Notes under the pieces: model-generated
Database searches by the model: none
The model's input: only the letters and a program-made list of their open reading frames with translations
What the model was told of the DNA's origin: nothing
Shown here: one piece after another, positions 57,334 through 58,825 of the stretch
Numbering within the stretch: the first letter of the stretch is position 1
Layout: every line of letters starts with the position of its first letter
Translations under genes and position numbers: made by a program
DNA from: an uncultured Nitrosomonadaceae bacterium
Lineage (GTDB): Bacteria; Chloroflexota; Anaerolineae; Anaerolineales; UBA11858
NCBI GenBank assembly: GCA_964195965.1
Contig: CAXMRF010000004.1
Location: 1-58,825, forward strand
Length of the DNA stretch: 58,825 bases
Reading direction: 5' to 3'

Positions 57334-57543
57334 CCCACAGGAAGCCTTTAAACCTTAAACTTTTCTCACCTTATATTTTGTTAAGATTGCCAATCTCCTG
57401 ATCAGGATTTTCCATATACTTTAATTATTAACTTCTGGAATATTCAATCCAAAGATTCATGGAGTAAATTGGAGTGAGTTCAACACATCTCCGACAAGAA
57501 ATGTTAAAATAGATTACTAATAATTTATCGCAGGAAATTATTT

Positions 57544-58461
57544 ATGCCCAATTCATCTAAAGTATTCACTCTCGACTTGAATTTCCAGAACTGCCGGAAT
57601 GCGATTGCAAGCTACCTAATTCCCCACCAGGAAGGTCTTATCCTGATTGAGAGCGGGCCAGGGTCAACACAGGAAGAATTGAAAAAAAATATCCTCGGAC
57701 TTGATTTTGCCCTGGAAGATATCACCCATATTCTTTTAACTCACATCCACCTGGATCATGCTGGCGCTGCTGGATGGCTGGCTGCCCAGACCGGCGCACG
57801 AGTCTTTGTACATGAACGAGGTGCGCCCCATTTATTGGATCCATCCCGCTTGTTAGCCAGCGCCACCCGAATATACCAGGATAAGATGGATACTCTCTGG
57901 GGAGATTTTCTTCCCGTGCCAGCTGATCAGCTGGTTGTGGTAAAAGATCAGGAAGAAATCCAGGTAGGTTCCTTAACAATCAGGGCATTGGATACACCCG
58001 GACACGCGAATCATCACCTGGCTTATTTACTGGATGATCTCTGCTTTAGCGGTGATGTCGGCGGTGTCCGGATTAATTTCGGCGGCAGCAGAAATTTAAG
58101 AATCCCCATGCCCCCACCTGAATTTCATCCCCCAAGGTGGAGAGAGTCTATCGCTAAACTAAAAAAGGAAAATATATCAAAGATTGCCCCTACTCATTTT
58201 GGTTTTTTTGATGATGCAGAGTGGCATCTGGATGCAGTACTATCCGAATTGGACGAGGTTGAAAAATGGATGCAGCGCATCTTACCCAGGGATTTACCCA
58301 TTGAAGAATTACGAAGTGAATTTGTGAACTGGACTAAAGAATGTTCACTCCAGCATGATGTTAATGAAACCTCGCTGGATGCATTCGAAAAAGCCAATCC
58401 ATCCGCTATGTCAGCTGATGGCATCAAACGGTATTGGGAAAAATATATCCTTAAAATTTAG
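57544..58461 (+). CDS. MBL-fold metallo-hydrolase
   Basis: THIHLDHAG (HxHxDH) motif. Confidence 0.8.
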   Translation: MPNSSKVFTLDLNFQNCRNAIASYLIPHQEGLILIESGPGSTQEELKKNILGLDFALEDITHILLTHIHLDHAGAAGWLAAQTGARVFVHERGAPHLLDPSRLLASATRIYQDKMDTLWGDFLPVPADQLVVVKDQEEIQVGSLTIRALDTPGHANHHLAYLLDDLCFSGDVGGVRINFGGSRNLRIPMPPPEFHPPRWRESIAKLKKENISKIAPTHFGFFDDAEWHLDAVLSELDEVEKWMQRILPRDLPIEELRSEFVNWTKECSLQHDVNETSLDAFEKANPSAMSADGIKRYWEKYILKI

Positions 58462-58496
58462 CTGGAGTTTGGAAGTGATTTCTTGGGCATATTGAT

Positions 58497-58532
58497 TACC
58501 CGCCATTCTGGTGAATGGCGGGTAGGTTTTTT
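58497..58532 (+). terminator. Rho-independent terminator
   Basis: Perfect 12-bp stem tacccgccattc / gaatggcgggta with a 4-nt loop, then ggtttttt. Confidence 0.7.
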
Positions 58533-58634
58533 AATAGATGAAAAGAACCTATCCATGCAACTTTTGGACAAGACTCACGTATATTTTACTGAAGAATTTC
58601 TCTCCGGAGAAAATTAAATTATTTAGGAGTATAT

Positions 58635-58825
58635 ATGTCCACAAAAAGAAAAGTTTTATTAATATTTATCCCTCTCTTCCTGGTTTTCACGATAGGGTTT
58701 GGTTTTGCAACTACCGCAAAAGCTGTTGAGTTTGATGAGGATGGAATCATTGAGGCTGGCGAAATCATCGATGACGATTTATTCATCGGAAATGACACAG
58801 TCGAAATCAATGGCACAATTAATGG
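58635..58825 (+). CDS. N-terminal part of a signal-anchored repeat protein (bactofilin-like beta-helix motifs); runs off the window end
   Basis: ATG 58635 after an AGGAG SD. Reads MSTKRKVLLIFIPLFLVFTIGFGFATTAKA then VEFDEDGIIEAGEIIDDDLFIGNDTVEINGTING. Not in the track because it is open-ended. Confidence 0.45.
   Translation, partial: MSTKRKVLLIFIPLFLVFTIGFGFATTAKAVEFDEDGIIEAGEIIDDDLFIGNDTVEINGTIN

Overview
Gene-dense (about 90% coding) chromosomal window. I found no rRNA, CRISPR array, transposase, integrase or prophage signature. Gene content looks like a Chloroflexota/Anaerolineae-like bacterium: T-box leaders, complex I without NuoEFG, FemAB genes, a TadE pilin-like gene. That placement is inference only.

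The left 21 kb is one long minus-strand respiratory stretch, read right to left:
- nuoA-H-J-K-L-M-N
- an Fo-only ATP synthase operon (atpZ-like, atpB, atpE, and atpF fused to a delta-like C-terminal domain), ending in a terminator
- a stand-alone murE
- a seven-gene module with its own promoter: PadR, RGG zinc-ribbon protein, NifX-like, two MinD-ferredoxin ATPases, DUF59, NifX-like
- a divergent SufR-like regulator
- nuoB-nuoCD-nuoI with its own consensus promoter, followed by a small ferredoxin

No nuoE/F/G and no F1 genes occur in the window.

The middle holds a tightly packed nine-gene minus-strand envelope operon: RidA, OmpR-type regulator, histidine kinase, GT2, polyprenyl glycosylphosphotransferase, epimerase, two FemAB paralogues, and a PLP enzyme of the ACC-deaminase/D-cysteine desulfhydrase family. 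It is followed by leuS with a T-box leader preceded by two tRNA-Ala genes.

The right half is housekeeping and miscellaneous: hydrolases, M24 peptidase, MFS, PAP2, an EF-G paralogue, fadD, miaA, yraN, plsY, valS with a T-box, dCMP deaminase, nitroreductase and nrdJ.

The best candidate for an uncharacterised system is the NifX-like/MinD-ferredoxin/DUF59 metallocluster module wedged between the two halves of the complex I locus. Secondary oddities:
- the b-delta(CTD) fusion in an Fo-only operon
- an in-frame TGA in the conserved N-terminus of the PAP2 gene
- an EDPR variant of the MurE DNPR motif
- the FemAB-PLP-RidA coupling

All family assignments come from motif recognition by eye. No database search was run.
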